DNA from: Heterodontus francisci
Taxonomy: Eukaryota
Assembly (NCBI RefSeq): GCF_036365525.1
Contig: NC_090378.1
Coordinates: 120,451,593 to 120,515,592, forward strand
Length of the DNA stretch: 64,000 nucleotides
Direction of reading: 5' to 3'
A program made the translations under genes and the position numbers. Positions 15,001 through 30,000 of this stretch are shown here, piece by piece (position 1 is the stretch's first letter; each line of letters starts with the position of its first letter). Below the pieces are notes generated by a model. It had not been told where the DNA came from, did no database searches, and saw only the letters and a list, made by a program, of their open reading frames with translations.

Positions 15001-18000
15001 GTGTCCATTATTATTTATTATATATAACTGTGGGATGTGTCAGTACCGGAGGTGGGAATGTGTGTCCATTATTATTTATTATATATAACTGTGGGATGTG
15101 TCAGTACAGGAGGTGCGAATGTGTGTCCATTATTATTTATTATATATAACTGTGGGATGTGTCAGTACAGGAGGTGGGAATGTGTGTCCATTATTATTTA
15201 TTATATATAACTGTGGGATGTGTCAGTACAGGAGGTGGGACTGTGTGTCCATTATTATTTATTATATATAACTGTGGGATGTGTCAGTACAGGAGGTGGG
15301 AATGTGTGTCCATTATTATTCATTATATATAACTGTGGGATGTGTCAGTACAGGAGGTGGGAATGTGTGTCCATTATTATTTATTATATATAACTGTGGG
15401 ATGTGTCAGTACAGGAGGTGGGAATGTGTGTCCATTATTATTTATTATATATAACTGTGGGATGTGTCAGTCCAGGAGGAGGGACTGTGTGTCCATTATT
15501 ATATATTATATATAATTGTGGGATGTGTCAGTACAGGAGGTGGGACTGTGAATCCATTATTATATATTATTTATAACTGTGGGATGTGTCAGTGCAGGAG
15601 GTGGGAATGTGTGTCCATTATTATATATTATATATAATTGTGGGATGTGTCAGTACAGGAGGTGGGACTGTGAATCCATTATTATATATTATTTATAACT
15701 GTGGGATGTGTCAGTGCAGGAGGTGGGACTGTGTGTGCATTATTATATATTATATATAACTGTGGGACGTTTCAGTGCAGGAGGTGGGACTGTGTGTCCA
15801 ATATTATTTATTATATATAACTGTGGGATGTGTCAGTACAGGAGGTGGGACTGTGAATCCATTATTATATATTATATATAACTGTGGGATGTGTCAGTAC
15901 AGGAGGTGGGACTGTGTGTGCATTATTATATATTATATATAACTGTGGGATGTGTCAGTACCGGAAGTGAGACTGTGTTTTCATTATTATATCTTAGATA
16001 TAACTGTGGGATGTGTCAGTGCAGGAGGTGGCACTGTGTGTCCATTATTATTTATTATATATAACTGTGGGATGTGTCAGTACCGGAAGTGAGACTGTGT
16101 TTTCATTATTATATCTTAGATATAACTGTGGGATGTGTCAGTGCAGGAGGTGGCACTGTGTGTCCATTATTATTTATTATATATAACTGTGGGATGTGTC
16201 AGTACAGGAGGTGGCACTGTGTGTCCATTATTATTTAGTATATATAACTGTGGGATGTGTCAGTACAGGAGGTGGGACTGTGTGTCCATTATTATTTAGT
16301 ATATATAACTGTGGGATGTGTCAGTACAGGAGGTGGGACTGTGTGTCCATTATTATTTAGTATATATAACTGTGGGATGTGTCAGTACAGGAGGTGGGAC
16401 TGTGTGTCCATTATTATTTAGTATATATAACTGTGGGATGTGTCATTACAGGAGGTGGGACTGTGTGTCCAATATTATTTATTATATATAACTGTGGGAT
16501 GTGTCAGTACCGGAAGTGAGACTGTGTTTTCATTATTATATCTTAGATATAACTGTGGGATGTGTCAGTGCAGGAGGTGGCACTGTGTGTCCATTATTAT
16601 TTATTATATATAACTGTGGGATGTGTCAGTACAGGAGGTGGCACTGTGTGTCCATTATTATTTAGTATATATAACTGTGGGATGTGTCAGTACAGGAGGT
16701 GGGACTGTGTGTCCATTATTATTTAGTATATATAACTGTGGGATGTGTCAGTACAGGAGGTGGGACTGTGTGTCCATTATTATTTAGTATATATAACTGT
16801 GGGATGTGTCAGTACAGGAGGTGGGACTGTGTGTCCATTATTATTTAGTATATATAACTGTGGGATGTGTCAGTACAGGAGGTGGGACTGTGTGTCCATT
16901 ATTATTTAGTATATATAACTGTGGGATGTGTCAGTACAGGAGGTGGGACTGTGTGTCCATTATTATTTAGTATATATAACTGTGGGATGTGTCAGTACAG
17001 GAGGTGGGACTGTGTGTCCATTATTATTTAGTATATATAACTGTGGGATGTGTCAGTACAGGAGGTGGGACTGTGTGTCCATTATTATTTAGTATATATA
17101 ACTGTGGGATGTGTCAGTACAGGAGGTGGGACTGTGTGTCCATTATTATTTAGTATATATAACTGTGGGATGTGTCAGTACAGGAGGTGGGACTGTGTGT
17201 CCATTATTATTTAGTATATATAACTGTGGGATGTGTCAGTACAGGAGGTGGGACTGTGTGTCCATTATTATTTAGTATATATAACTGTGGGATGTGTCAG
17301 TACAGGAGGTGGGACTGTGTGTCCATTATTATTTAGTATATATAACTGTGGGATGTGTCAGTACAGGAGGTGGGACTGTGTGTCCATTATTATTTAGTAT
17401 ATATAACTGTGGGATGTGTCAGTACAGGAGGTGGGACTGTGTGTCCATTATTATTTATTATATATAACTGTGGGATGTGTCATTACAGGAGGTGGGACTG
17501 TATGTCCATTATTATTTATTATATATAACTGTGGGATGTGTCAGTGCGGGAGGTGGGACTGTGTGTCCATTATTATTTAGTATATATAACTGTGGGATGT
17601 GTCAGTACAGGAGGTGGGACTGTGTGTCCATTATTATATATTATATATAACTGTGGGATGTGTCAGTGCAGGAGGTGGGAATGTGTGTCCATTATTATAT
17701 ATTATATATAACTGTGGGATGTGTCAGTACAGGAGGTGGGAATGTGTGTCCATTATTATTTATTATATATAACTGTGGGATGTGTCAGTACAGGAGGTGG
17801 GACTCTGAATCCATTATTATTTATTATATATAACTGTGGGATATGTCAGTCCAGGAGGTGGGACTGTGTGTCCATTATTATTTATTATATATAACTGTGG
17901 GATGTGTCATTACAGGAGGTGGGACTGTATGTCCATTATTATTTATGATATATAACTGTGGGATGTGTCAGTGCGGGAGGTGGGACTGTGTGTCCATTAT

Positions 18001-21000
18001 TATTTAGTATATATAACTGTGGGATGTGTCAGTACAGGAGGTGGGATTGTATGTCCATTATTATTTATTATATATAACTGTGGGATGTGTCATTACAGGA
18101 GGTGGGACTGTGTGTCCATTATTATATATTATATATAACTGTGGGATGTGTCAGTACCGGAGGTGGGACTGTGTGTCCATTATTATATATTATATATAAC
18201 TGTGGGATGTGTCAGTACCGGAGGTGGGACTGTGTGTCCATTATTATATATTATATATAACTGTGGGATGTGTCAGTACCGGAGGTGGGACTTTGTGTCC
18301 ATTGTTATATATGATATATAACTGTGGGATGTGTCAGTACAGGAGGTGGGACTGTGTGTCCATTATTATTTATTATATATAACTGTGGGATGTGTCAGTA
18401 CAGGAGGTGGGAATGTGTGTCCATTATTATTTATTATATATAACTGTGGGATGTGTCAGTCCAGGAGGAGGGACTGTGTGTCCATTATTATATATTATAT
18501 ATAACTGTGGGACGTGTCAGTACAGGAGGTGGGACTGTGTGTCTATTATTATATATTATTTCTCACTGTGGGATGTGTCAGTACAGGAGGTGGGACTGTG
18601 AATCCATTATTATATATTATTTATAACTGTGGGATGTGTCAGTACAGGAGGAGGGACTGTGTGTCCATTATTATATATTATATATAACTGTGGGACGTGT
18701 CAGTACAGGAGGTGGGACTGTGTGTCTATTATTATATATTATTTCTCACTGTGGGATGTGTCAGTACAGGAGGTGGGACTGTGAATCCATTATTATATAT
18801 TATTTATAACTGTGGGATGTGTCAGTCCAGGAGGAGGGACTGTGTGTCCATTATTATATATTATATATAACTGTGGGACGTTTCAGTGCAGGAGGTGGGA
18901 CTGTGTGTCCAATATTATTTATTATATATAACTGTGGGATGTGTCAGTACAGGAGGTGGGACTGTGAATCCATTATTATATATTATATATAACTGTGGGA
19001 TGTGTCAGTACAGGAGGTGGGACTGTGTGTGCATTATTATATATTATATATAACTGTGGGACGTTTCAGTGCAGGAGGTGGGACTGTGTGTCCAATATTA
19101 TTTATTATATATAACTGTGGGATGTGTCAGTACCGGAAGTGAGACTGTGTTTTCATTATTATATCTTATATATAACTGTGGGATGTGTCAGTACAGGAGG
19201 TGGGACTGTGTGTCCATTATTATTTATTATATATAACTGTGGGATGTGTCATTACAGGAGGTGGGACTGTATGTCCATTATTATTTATTATATATAACTG
19301 TGGGATGTGTCATTACAGGAGGTGGGACTGTGTGTCCATTATTATTTATTATATATAACTGTGGGATGTGTCAGTACAGGAGGTGGGACTGTGTGTCCAT
19401 TATTATTTATTATATATAACTGTGGGATGTGTCATTACAGGAGGTGGGACTGTATGTCCATTATTATTTATTATATATAACTGTGGGATGTGTCATTACA
19501 GGAGGTGGGACTGTGTGTCCATTATTATTTAGTATATATAACTGTGGGATGTGTCAGTACAGGAGGTGGGACTGTATGTCCATTATTATTTATTATATAT
19601 AACTGTGGGATGTGTCAGTGCGGGAGGTGGGACTGTGTGTCCATTATTATTTCGTATATATAACTGTGGGATGTGTCAGTACAGGAGGTGGGACTGTATG
19701 TCCATTATTATTTATTATATATAACTGTGGGATGTGTCATTACAGGAGGTGGGACTGTGTGTCCATTATTATATATTATATATAACTGTGGGATGTGTCA
19801 GTACCGGAGGTGGGACTTTGTGTCCATTGTTATATATGCTATATAACTGTGGGATGTGTCAGTACAGGAGGTGGGACTGTGTGTCCATTATTATTTATTA
19901 TATATAACTGTGGGATGTGTCAGTACAGGAGGTGGGAATGTGTGTCCATTATTATTTATTATATATAACTGTGGGATGTGTCAGTCCAGGAGGAGGGACT
20001 GTGTGTCCATTATTATATATTATATATAACTGTGGGATGTGTCAGTACAGGAGGTGGGACTGTGAATCCATTATTATATATTATATATAACTGTGGGATG
20101 TGTCAGTACAGGAGGTGGGACTGTGTGTCCATTATTATTTATTATATATAACTGTGGGATGTGTCATTACAGGAGGTGGGACTGTGTGTCCATTATTATA
20201 TATTATATATAACTGTGGGACGTGTCAGAACAGGAGGTGGGACTGTGTGTCTATTATTATATATTATTTCTCACTGTGGGATGTGTCAGTACAGGAGGTG
20301 GGACTGTGAATCCATTATTATATATTATTTATAACTGTGGGATGTGTCAGTACAGGAGGTGGGACTGTGTGTGCATTATTATATATTATATATAACTGTG
20401 GGACATTTCAGTGCAGGAGGTGGGACTGTGTGCCCAATATTATTTATTATATATAACTGTGGGATGTGTCAGTACAGGAGGTGGGACTGTGAATCCATTA
20501 TTATATATTATATATAACTGTGGGATTGTCAGTACAGGAGGTGGGACAGTGTGTGCATTATTATATATTATATATAACTGTGGGACGTGTCATTACAGGA
20601 GGTGGGACTGTGTGTCCGATATTATTTATTATATATAACTGTGGGATGTGTCAGTACCGGAAGTGAGACTGTGTTTTCATTATTATATCTTAGATATAAC
20701 TGTGGGATGTGTCAGTACAGGAGGTGGGACAGTGTGTCCATTATTATTTAGTATATATAACTGTGGGATGTGTCAGTACAGGAGGTGCGACTGTGTGTCC
20801 ATTATTATTTATTATATATAACTGTGGGATGTGTCAGTACAGGAGGTGGGACTCTGAATCCATTATTATTTATTATATATAACTGTGGGATATGTCAGTC
20901 CAGGAGGTGGGACTGTGTGTCCATTATTATTTATTATATATAACTGTGGGATGTGTCATTACAGGAGGTGGGACTGTATGTCCATTATTATTTATTATAT

Positions 21001-24000
21001 ATAACTGTGTGATGTGTCAGTGCGGGAGGTGGGACTGTGTGTCCATTATTATTTAGTATATATAACTGTGGGATGTGTCAGTACAGGAGGTGGGATTGTA
21101 TGTCCATTATTATTTATTATATATAACTGTGGGATGTGTCATTACAGGAGGTGGGACTGTGTGTCCATTATTATTTGGTATATATAACTGTGGGATGTGT
21201 CAGTACAGGAGGTGGGACTGTGTGTCCATTATTATATATTATATATAACTGTGGGATGTGTCAGTACCGGAGGTGGGACTTTGTGTCCATTGTTATATAT
21301 GATATATAACTGTGGGATGTGTCAGTACAGGAGGTGGGACTGTGTGTTCATTATTATATATTATATATAACTGTGGGATGTGTCAGTACAGGAGGTGGGA
21401 CTGTGTGTCCATTATTATTTATTATATATAACTGTGGGATGTGTCAGTACAGGAGGTGGGAATGTATGTCCATTATTATTTATTATATATAACTGTGGGA
21501 TGTGTCAGTCCAGGAGGAGGGACTGTGTGTCCATTATTATATATTATATATAACTGTGGGATGTGTCAGTACAGGAGGTGGGACTGTGTGTCCATTATTA
21601 TTTATTATATATAACTGTGGGATGTGTCAGTACAGGAGGTGGGAATGTATGTCCATTATTATTTATTATATATTACTGTGGGATGTGTCAGTACAGGAGG
21701 TGGGACTGTGTGTTCATTATTATATATTATATATAACTGTGGGATGTGTCAGTACAGGAGGTGGGACTGTGTGTCCATTGTTATTTATTATATATTACTG
21801 TGGGATGTGTCAGTACAGGAGGTGGGACAGTGTGTTCATTATTATATATTATATATAACTGTGGGATGTGTCAGTACAGGAGGTGGGACTGTGTGTCCAT
21901 TATTATTTATTATATATAACTGTGGGATGTGTCAGTACAGGAGGTGGGAATGTATGTCCTTTATTATTTATTATATATAACTGTGGGATGTGTCAGTCCA
22001 GGAGGAGGGACTGTGTGTCCATTATTATATATTATATATAACTGTGGGACGTGTCAGTACAGGAGGTGGGACTGTGTGTCTATTATTATATATTATTTCT
22101 CACTGTGGGATGTGTCAGTACAGGAGGTGGGACTGTGAATCCATTATTATATATTATTTATAACTGTGGGATGTGTCAGTACAGGAGGTGGGACTGTGTG
22201 TGCATTATTATATATTATATATAACTGTGGGACGTTTCAGTGCAGGAGGTGGGACTGTGTGTCCAATATTATTTATTATATATAACTGTGGGATGTGTCA
22301 GTACAGGAGGTGGGACTGTGAATCCATTATTATATATTATATATAACTGTGGGATGTGTCAGTACAGGAGGTGGGACTGTGTGTGCATTATTATATATTA
22401 TATATAACTGTGGGACGTTTCAGTGCAGGAGGTGGGACTGTGTGTCCAATATTATTTATTATATATAACTGTGGGATGTGTCAGTACCGGAAGTGAGACT
22501 GTGTTTTCATTATTATATCTTATATATAACTGTGGGATGTGTCAGTACAGGAGGTGGCACTGTGTGTCCATTATTATTTATTATATATAACTGTGGGATG
22601 TGTCAGTACAGGAGGTGGGACTGTGTGTCCATTATTATTTAGTATATATAACTGTGGGATGTGTCAGTACAGGAGGTGGGACTGTGTGTCCATTATTATT
22701 TGGTATATATAACTGTGGGATGTGTCAGTACAGGATGTGGGAATGTGTGTCCATTATTATTTATTATATATAACTGTGGGATGTGTCAGTACAGGAGGTG
22801 GGACTGTGTGTCCATTATTATTTAGTATATATAACTGTGGGATGTGTCAGTACAGGAGGTGGGACTGTGTGTCCATTATTATTTGGTATATATAACTGTG
22901 GGATGTGTCAGTACAGGATGTGGGAATGTGTGTCCATTATTATTTATTATATATAACTGTGGGATGTGTCAGTACAGGAGGTGGGACTGTGTGTCCATTA
23001 TTATTTGGTATATATAACTGTGGGATGTGTCAGTACAGGATGTGGGAATGTGTGTCCATTATTATTTATTATATATAACTGTGGGATGTGTCAGTACAGG
23101 AGGTGGGACTGTGTGTCCATTATTATTTGGTATATATAACTGTGGGATGTGTCAGTACAGGATGTGGGAATGTGTGTCCATTATTATTTATTATATATAA
23201 CTGTGGGATGTGTCAGTACAGGAGGTGGGGCTGTGTGTCCATTATTATTTGGTATATATAACTGTGGGATGTGTCAGTACAGGATGTGGGAATGTGTGTC
23301 CATTATTATTTATTATATATAACTGTGGGATGTGTCAGTACAGGAGGTGGGACTGTGTGTCCATTATTATATATTATATATAACAGTGGGATGTGTCAGT
23401 ACAGGAGGTGGGAATGTGTGTCCATTATTATTTATTATATATAACTGTGGGATGTGTCAGTACAGGAGGTGGGACTGTGTGTTCATTATTATTTATTATA
23501 TATAACTGTGGGATGTGTCAGTACAGGAGGTGGGACTCTGAATCCATTATTATTTATTATATATAACTGTGGGATATGTCAGTCCAGGAGGTGGGACTGT
23601 GTGTCCATTATTATATATTATATATAACTGTGGGATGTGTCAGTACAGGAGGTGGGACTCTGAATCCATTATTATTTATTATATATAACTGTGGGATATG
23701 TCAGTCCAGGAGGTGGGACTGTGTGTCCATTATTATATATTATATATAACTGTGGGATGTGTCAGTACAGGAGGTGGGAATGTGTGTCCATTATTATTTA
23801 TTATATATAACTGTGGGATGTGTCAGTACAGGAGGTGGGACTGTGTATCCATTATTATATATTATATATAACTGTGGGATGTGTCAGTACAGGAGGTGGG
23901 ACTCTGAATCCATTATTATTTATTATATATAACTGTGGGATATGTCAGTCCAGGAGGTGGGACTGTGTGTCCATTATTATATATTATATATAACTGTGGG

Positions 24001-27000
24001 ATGTGTCAGTACAGGAGGTGGGACTCTGAATCCATTATTATTTATTATATATAACTGTGGGATATGTCAGTCCAGGAGGTGGGACTGTGTGTCCATTATT
24101 ATATATTATATATAACTGTGGGATGTGTCAGTACAGGAGGTGGGAATGTGTGTCCATTATTATTTATTATATATAACTGTGGGATGTGTCAGTACAGGAG
24201 GTGGGACTGTGTGTTCATTATTATTTATTATATATAACTGTGGGATGTGTCAGTACAGGAGGTGGGACTCGGAATCCATTATTATTTATTATATATAACT
24301 GTGGGTTGTGTCAGTCCAGGAGGTGGGACTGTGTGTCCATTATTATATATTATATATAACTGTGGGACGTGTCAGTGCAGGAGGTGGGACTGTGTTTCCA
24401 ATATTATTTATTATATATAACTGTGGGATGTGTCAGTACCGGAAGTGAGACTGTGTTTTCATTATTATATATTATATATAACTGTGGGTTGTGTCAGGAG
24501 AGGTGGTGGGACTGTGTGTCCATTATTATTTATTATATAGAACTGTGGGATGTGTCAGTACAGGTTGTGAGACTGTGTGTCCATTATTATATATTATATA
24601 TAACTGTGGGATGTGTCAGTACAGGAGGTGGGACTGTGTGTCCATTATTATTTAGTATATATAACTGTGGGATGTGTCAGGACAGGAGGTGGGACTGTGT
24701 GTTCATTATTATTTATTATATATAACTGTGGGATGTGTCAGTACAGGAGGTGGGACTCTGAATCCATTATTATTTATTATATACAACTGTGGGATATGTC
24801 AGTCCAGGAGGTGGGACTGTGTTTCCAATATTATTTATTATATATAACTGTGGGATGTGTCAGTACCGGAGGTGAGACTGTGTTTTCATTAGTATATCTT
24901 ATATATAACTGTGGGATGTGTCAGTGCAGCAGGTGGGACTGTGTGTCCATTATTATTTATTATATATAACTGTGGGATGTGTCAGTACAGGATGTGAGAC
25001 TGTGTGTCCATTATTATATATTATATATAACTGTGGGAAGTGTCGGTGCAGGAGGTGGGACTGTGTGTCCATTATTATATATTATATATAACTGTGTGAT
25101 GTGTCAGTGCAGGAGGTGGGACTGTGTGTCCATTATTATATATTATATATAACTGTGGGATGTGTCAGTACAGGAGGTGGGACTGTGTGTCCATTATTAT
25201 ATATTATATATAACTGTGGGACGTGTCAGAACAGGAGGTGGGACTGTGTGTCTATTATTATATATTATTTCTCACTGTGGGATGTGTCAGTACAGGAGGT
25301 GGGACTGTGAATCCATTATTATATATTATTTATAACTGTGGGATGTGTCAGTACAGGAGGTGGGACTGTGTGTGCATTATTATATATTATATATAACTGT
25401 GGGACATTTCAGTGCAGGAGGTGGGACTGTGAATCCATTATTATATATTATTTATAACTGTGAGATGTGTCAGTACAGGAGGTGGGACTGTGTGTGCATT
25501 ATTATATATTATATATAACTGTGGGACGTGTCATTACAGGAGGTGGGACTGTGTGTCCGATATTATTTATTATATGTAACTGTGGGATGTGTCAGTACCG
25601 GAAGTGAGACTGTGTTTTCATTATTATATCTTAGATATAACTGTGGGATGTGTCAGTACAGGAGGTGGGACTGTGTGTCCATTATTATTTAGTATATATA
25701 ACTGTGGGATGTGTCAGTACAGGAGGTGGGACTCTGAATCCATTATTATTTATTATATATAACTGTGGGATATGTCAGTCCAGGAGGTGGGACTGTGTGT
25801 CCATTATTATTTATTATATATAACTGTGGGATGTGTCAGTACAGGAGGTGGGAATGTGTGTCCATTATTATTTATTATATATAACTGTGGGATGTGTCAG
25901 TACAGGAGGTGGGACTCTGAATCCATTATTATTTATTATATATAACTGTGGGATATGTCAGTCCAGGAGGTGGGACTGTGTGTCCATTATTATTTATTAT
26001 ATATAACTGTGGGATGTGTCATTACAGGAGGTGGGACTGTATGTCCATTATTATTTATTATATATAACTGTGTGATGTGTCAGTGCGGGAGGTGGGACTG
26101 TGTGTCCATTATTATTTAGTATATATAACTGTGGGATGTGTCAGTACAGGAGGTGGGATTGTATGTCCATTATTATATATTATATATAACTGTGGGATGT
26201 GTCAGTACAGGAGGTGGGACTGTGTGTCCATTATTATTTATTATATATAACTGTGGGATGTGTCAGTACAGGAGGTGGGACTGTGTGTCCATTATTATAT
26301 ATTATATATAACTGTGGGATGTGTCAGTACAGGAGGTGGGACTGTGTGTCCATTATTATTTATTATATATAACTGTGGGATGTGTCAGTACAGGAGGTGG
26401 GAATGTATGTCCATTATTATTTATTATATATAACTGTGGGATGTGTCAGTCCAGGAGGAGGGACTGTGTGTCCATTATTATATATTATATATAACTGTGG
26501 GATGTGTCAGTACAGGAGGTGGGACTGTGAATCCATTATTATATATTATATATAACTGTGGGATGTGTCAGTACAGGAGGTGGGACTGTGTGTCCATTAT
26601 TATTTATTATATATAACTGTGGGATGTGTCATTACAGGAGGTGGGACTGTGTGTCCATTATTATATATTATATATAACTGTGGGACGTGTCAGAACAGGA
26701 GGTGGGACTGTGTGTCTATTATTATATATTATTTCTCACTGTGGGATGTGTCAGTACAGGAGGTGGGACTGTGAATCCATTATTATATATTATTTATAAC
26801 TGTGGGATGTGTCAGTACAGGAGGTGGGACTGTGTGTGCATTATTATATATTATATATAACTGTGGGACATTTCAGTGCAGGAGGTGGGACTGTGTGCCC
26901 AATATTATTTATTATATATAACTGTGGGATGTGTCAGTACAGGAGGTGGGACTGTGAATCCATTATTATATATTATATATAACTGTGGGATTGTCAGTAC

Positions 27001-30000
27001 AGGAGGTGGGACAGTGTGTGCATTATTATATATTATATATAACTGTGGGACGTGTCATTACAGGAGGTGGGACTGTGTGTCCGATATTATTTATTATATA
27101 TAACTGTGGGATGTGTCAGTACCGGAAGTGAGACTGTGTTTTCATTATTATATCTTAGATATAACTGTGGGATGTGTCAGTACAGGAGGTGGGACAGTGT
27201 GTCCATTATTATTTAGTATATATAACTGTGGGATGTGTCAGTACAGGAGGTGGGACTGTGTGTCCATTATTATTTATTATATATAACTGTGGGATGTGTC
27301 AGTACAGGAGGTGGGACTCTGAATCCATTATTATTTATTATATATAACTGTGGGATATGTCAGTCCAGGAGGTGGGACTGTGTGTCCATTATTATTTATT
27401 ATATATAACTGTGGGATGTGTCATTACAGGAGGTGGGACTGTATGTCCATTATTATTTATTATATATAACTGTGTGATGTGTCAGTGCGGGAGGTGGGAC
27501 TGTGTGTCCATTATTATTTAGTATATATAACTGTGGGATGTGTCAGTACAGGAGGTGGGATTGTATGTCCATTATTATTTATTATATATAACTGTGGGAT
27601 GTGTCATTACAGGAGGTGGGACTGTGTGTCCATTATTATTTGGTATATATAACTGTGGGATGTGTCAGTACAGGAGGTGGGACTGTGTGTCCATTATTAT
27701 ATATTATATATAACTGTGGGATGTGTCAGTACCGGAGGTGGGACTTTGTGTCCATTGTTATATATGATATATAACTGTGGGATGTGTCAGTACAGGAGGT
27801 GGGACTGTGTGTTCATTATTATATATTATATATAACTGTGGGATGTGTCAGTACAGGAGGTGGGACTGTGTGTCCATTATTATTTATTATATATAACTGT
27901 GGGATGTGTCAGTACAGGAGGTGGGAATGTATGTCCATTATTATTTATTATATATAACTGTGGGATGTGTCAGTCCAGGAGGAGGGACTGTGTGTCCATT
28001 ATTATATATTATATATAACTGTGGGATGTGTCAGTACAGGAGGTGGGACTGTGTGTCCATTATTATTTATTATATATAACTGTGGGATGTGTCAGTACAG
28101 GAGGTGGGAATGTATGTCCATTATTATTTATTATATATTACTGTGGGATGTGTCAGTACAGGAGGTGGGACTGTGTGTTCATTATTATATATTATATATA
28201 ACTGTGGGATGTGTCAGTACAGGAGGTGGGACTGTGTGTCCATTATTATTTATTATATATTACTGTGGGATGTGTCAGTACAGGAGGTGGGACTGTGTGT
28301 TCATTATTATATATTATATATAACTGTGGGATGTGTCAGTACAGGAGGTGGGACTGTGTGTCCATTATTATTTATTATATATAACTGTGGGATGTGTCAG
28401 TACAGGAGGTGGGAATGTATGTCCATTATTATTTATTATATATAACTGTGGGATGTGTCAGTCCAGGAGGAGGGACTGTGTGTCCATTATTATATATTAT
28501 ATATAACTGTGGGACGTGTCAGTACAGGAGGTGGGACTGTGTGTCTATTATTATATATTATTTCTCACTGTGGGATGTGTCAGTACAGGAGGTGGGACTG
28601 TGAATCCATTATTATATATTATTTATAACTGTGGGATGTGTCAGTACAGGAGGTGGGACTGTGTGTGCATTATTATATATTATATATAACTGTGGGACAT
28701 TTCAGTGCAGGAGGTGGGACTGTGTGTCCAATATTATTTATTATATATAACTGTGGGATGTGTCAGTACAGGAGGTGGGACTGTGAATCCATTATTATAT
28801 ATTATATATAACTGTGGGATGTGTCAGTACAGGAGGTGGGACTGTGTGTGCATTATTATATATTATATATAACTGTGGGACGTTTCAGTGCAGGAGGTGG
28901 GACTGTGTGTCCAATATTATTTATTATATATAACTGTGGGATGTGTCAGTACCGGAAGTGAGACTGTGTTTTCATTATTATATCTTATATATAACTGTGG
29001 GATGTGTCAGTACAGGAGGTGGCACTGTGTGTCCATTATTATTTATTATATATAACTGTGGGATGTGTCAGTACAGGAGGTGGGACTGTGTGTCCATTAT
29101 TATTTAGTATATATAACTGTGGGATGTGTCAGTACAGGAGGTGGGACTGTGTGTCCATTATTATTTGGTATATATAACTGTGGGATGTGTCAGTACAGGA
29201 GGTGGGAATGTGTGTCCATTATTATTTATTATATATAACTGTGGGATGTGTCAGTACAGGAGGTGGGACTGTGTGTTCATTATTATTTATTATATAAAAC
29301 TGTGGGATGTGTCAGTACAGGAGGTGGGACTCTGAATCCATTATTATTTATTATATATAACTGTGGGATATGTCAGTCCAGGAGGTGGGACTGTGTGTCC
29401 ATTATTATATATTATATATAACTGTGGGATGTGTCAGTACAGGAGGTGGGACTCTGAATCCATTATTATTTATTATATATAACTGTGGGATATGTCAGTC
29501 CAGGAGGTGGGACTGTGTGTCCATTATTATATATTATATATAACTGTGGGATGTGTCAGTACAGGAGGTGGGAATGTGTGTCCATTATTATTTATTATAT
29601 ATAACTGTGGGATGTGTCAGTACAGGAGGTGGGACTGTGTATCCATTATTATATATTATATATAACTGTGGGATGTGTCAGTACAGGAGGTGGGACTCTG
29701 AATCCATTATTATTTATTATATATAACTGTGGGATATGTCAGTCCAGGAGGTGGGACTGTGTGTCCATTATTATATATTATATATAACTGTGGGATGTGT
29801 CAGTACAGGAGGTGGGACTCTGAATCCATTATTATTTATTATATATAACTGTGGGATATGTCAGTCCAGGAGGTGGGACTGTGTGTCCATTATTATATAT
29901 TATATATAACTGTGGGATGTGTCAGTACAGGAGGTGGGAATGTGTGTCCATTATTATTTATTATATATAACTGTGGGATGTGTCAGTACAGGAGGTGGGA

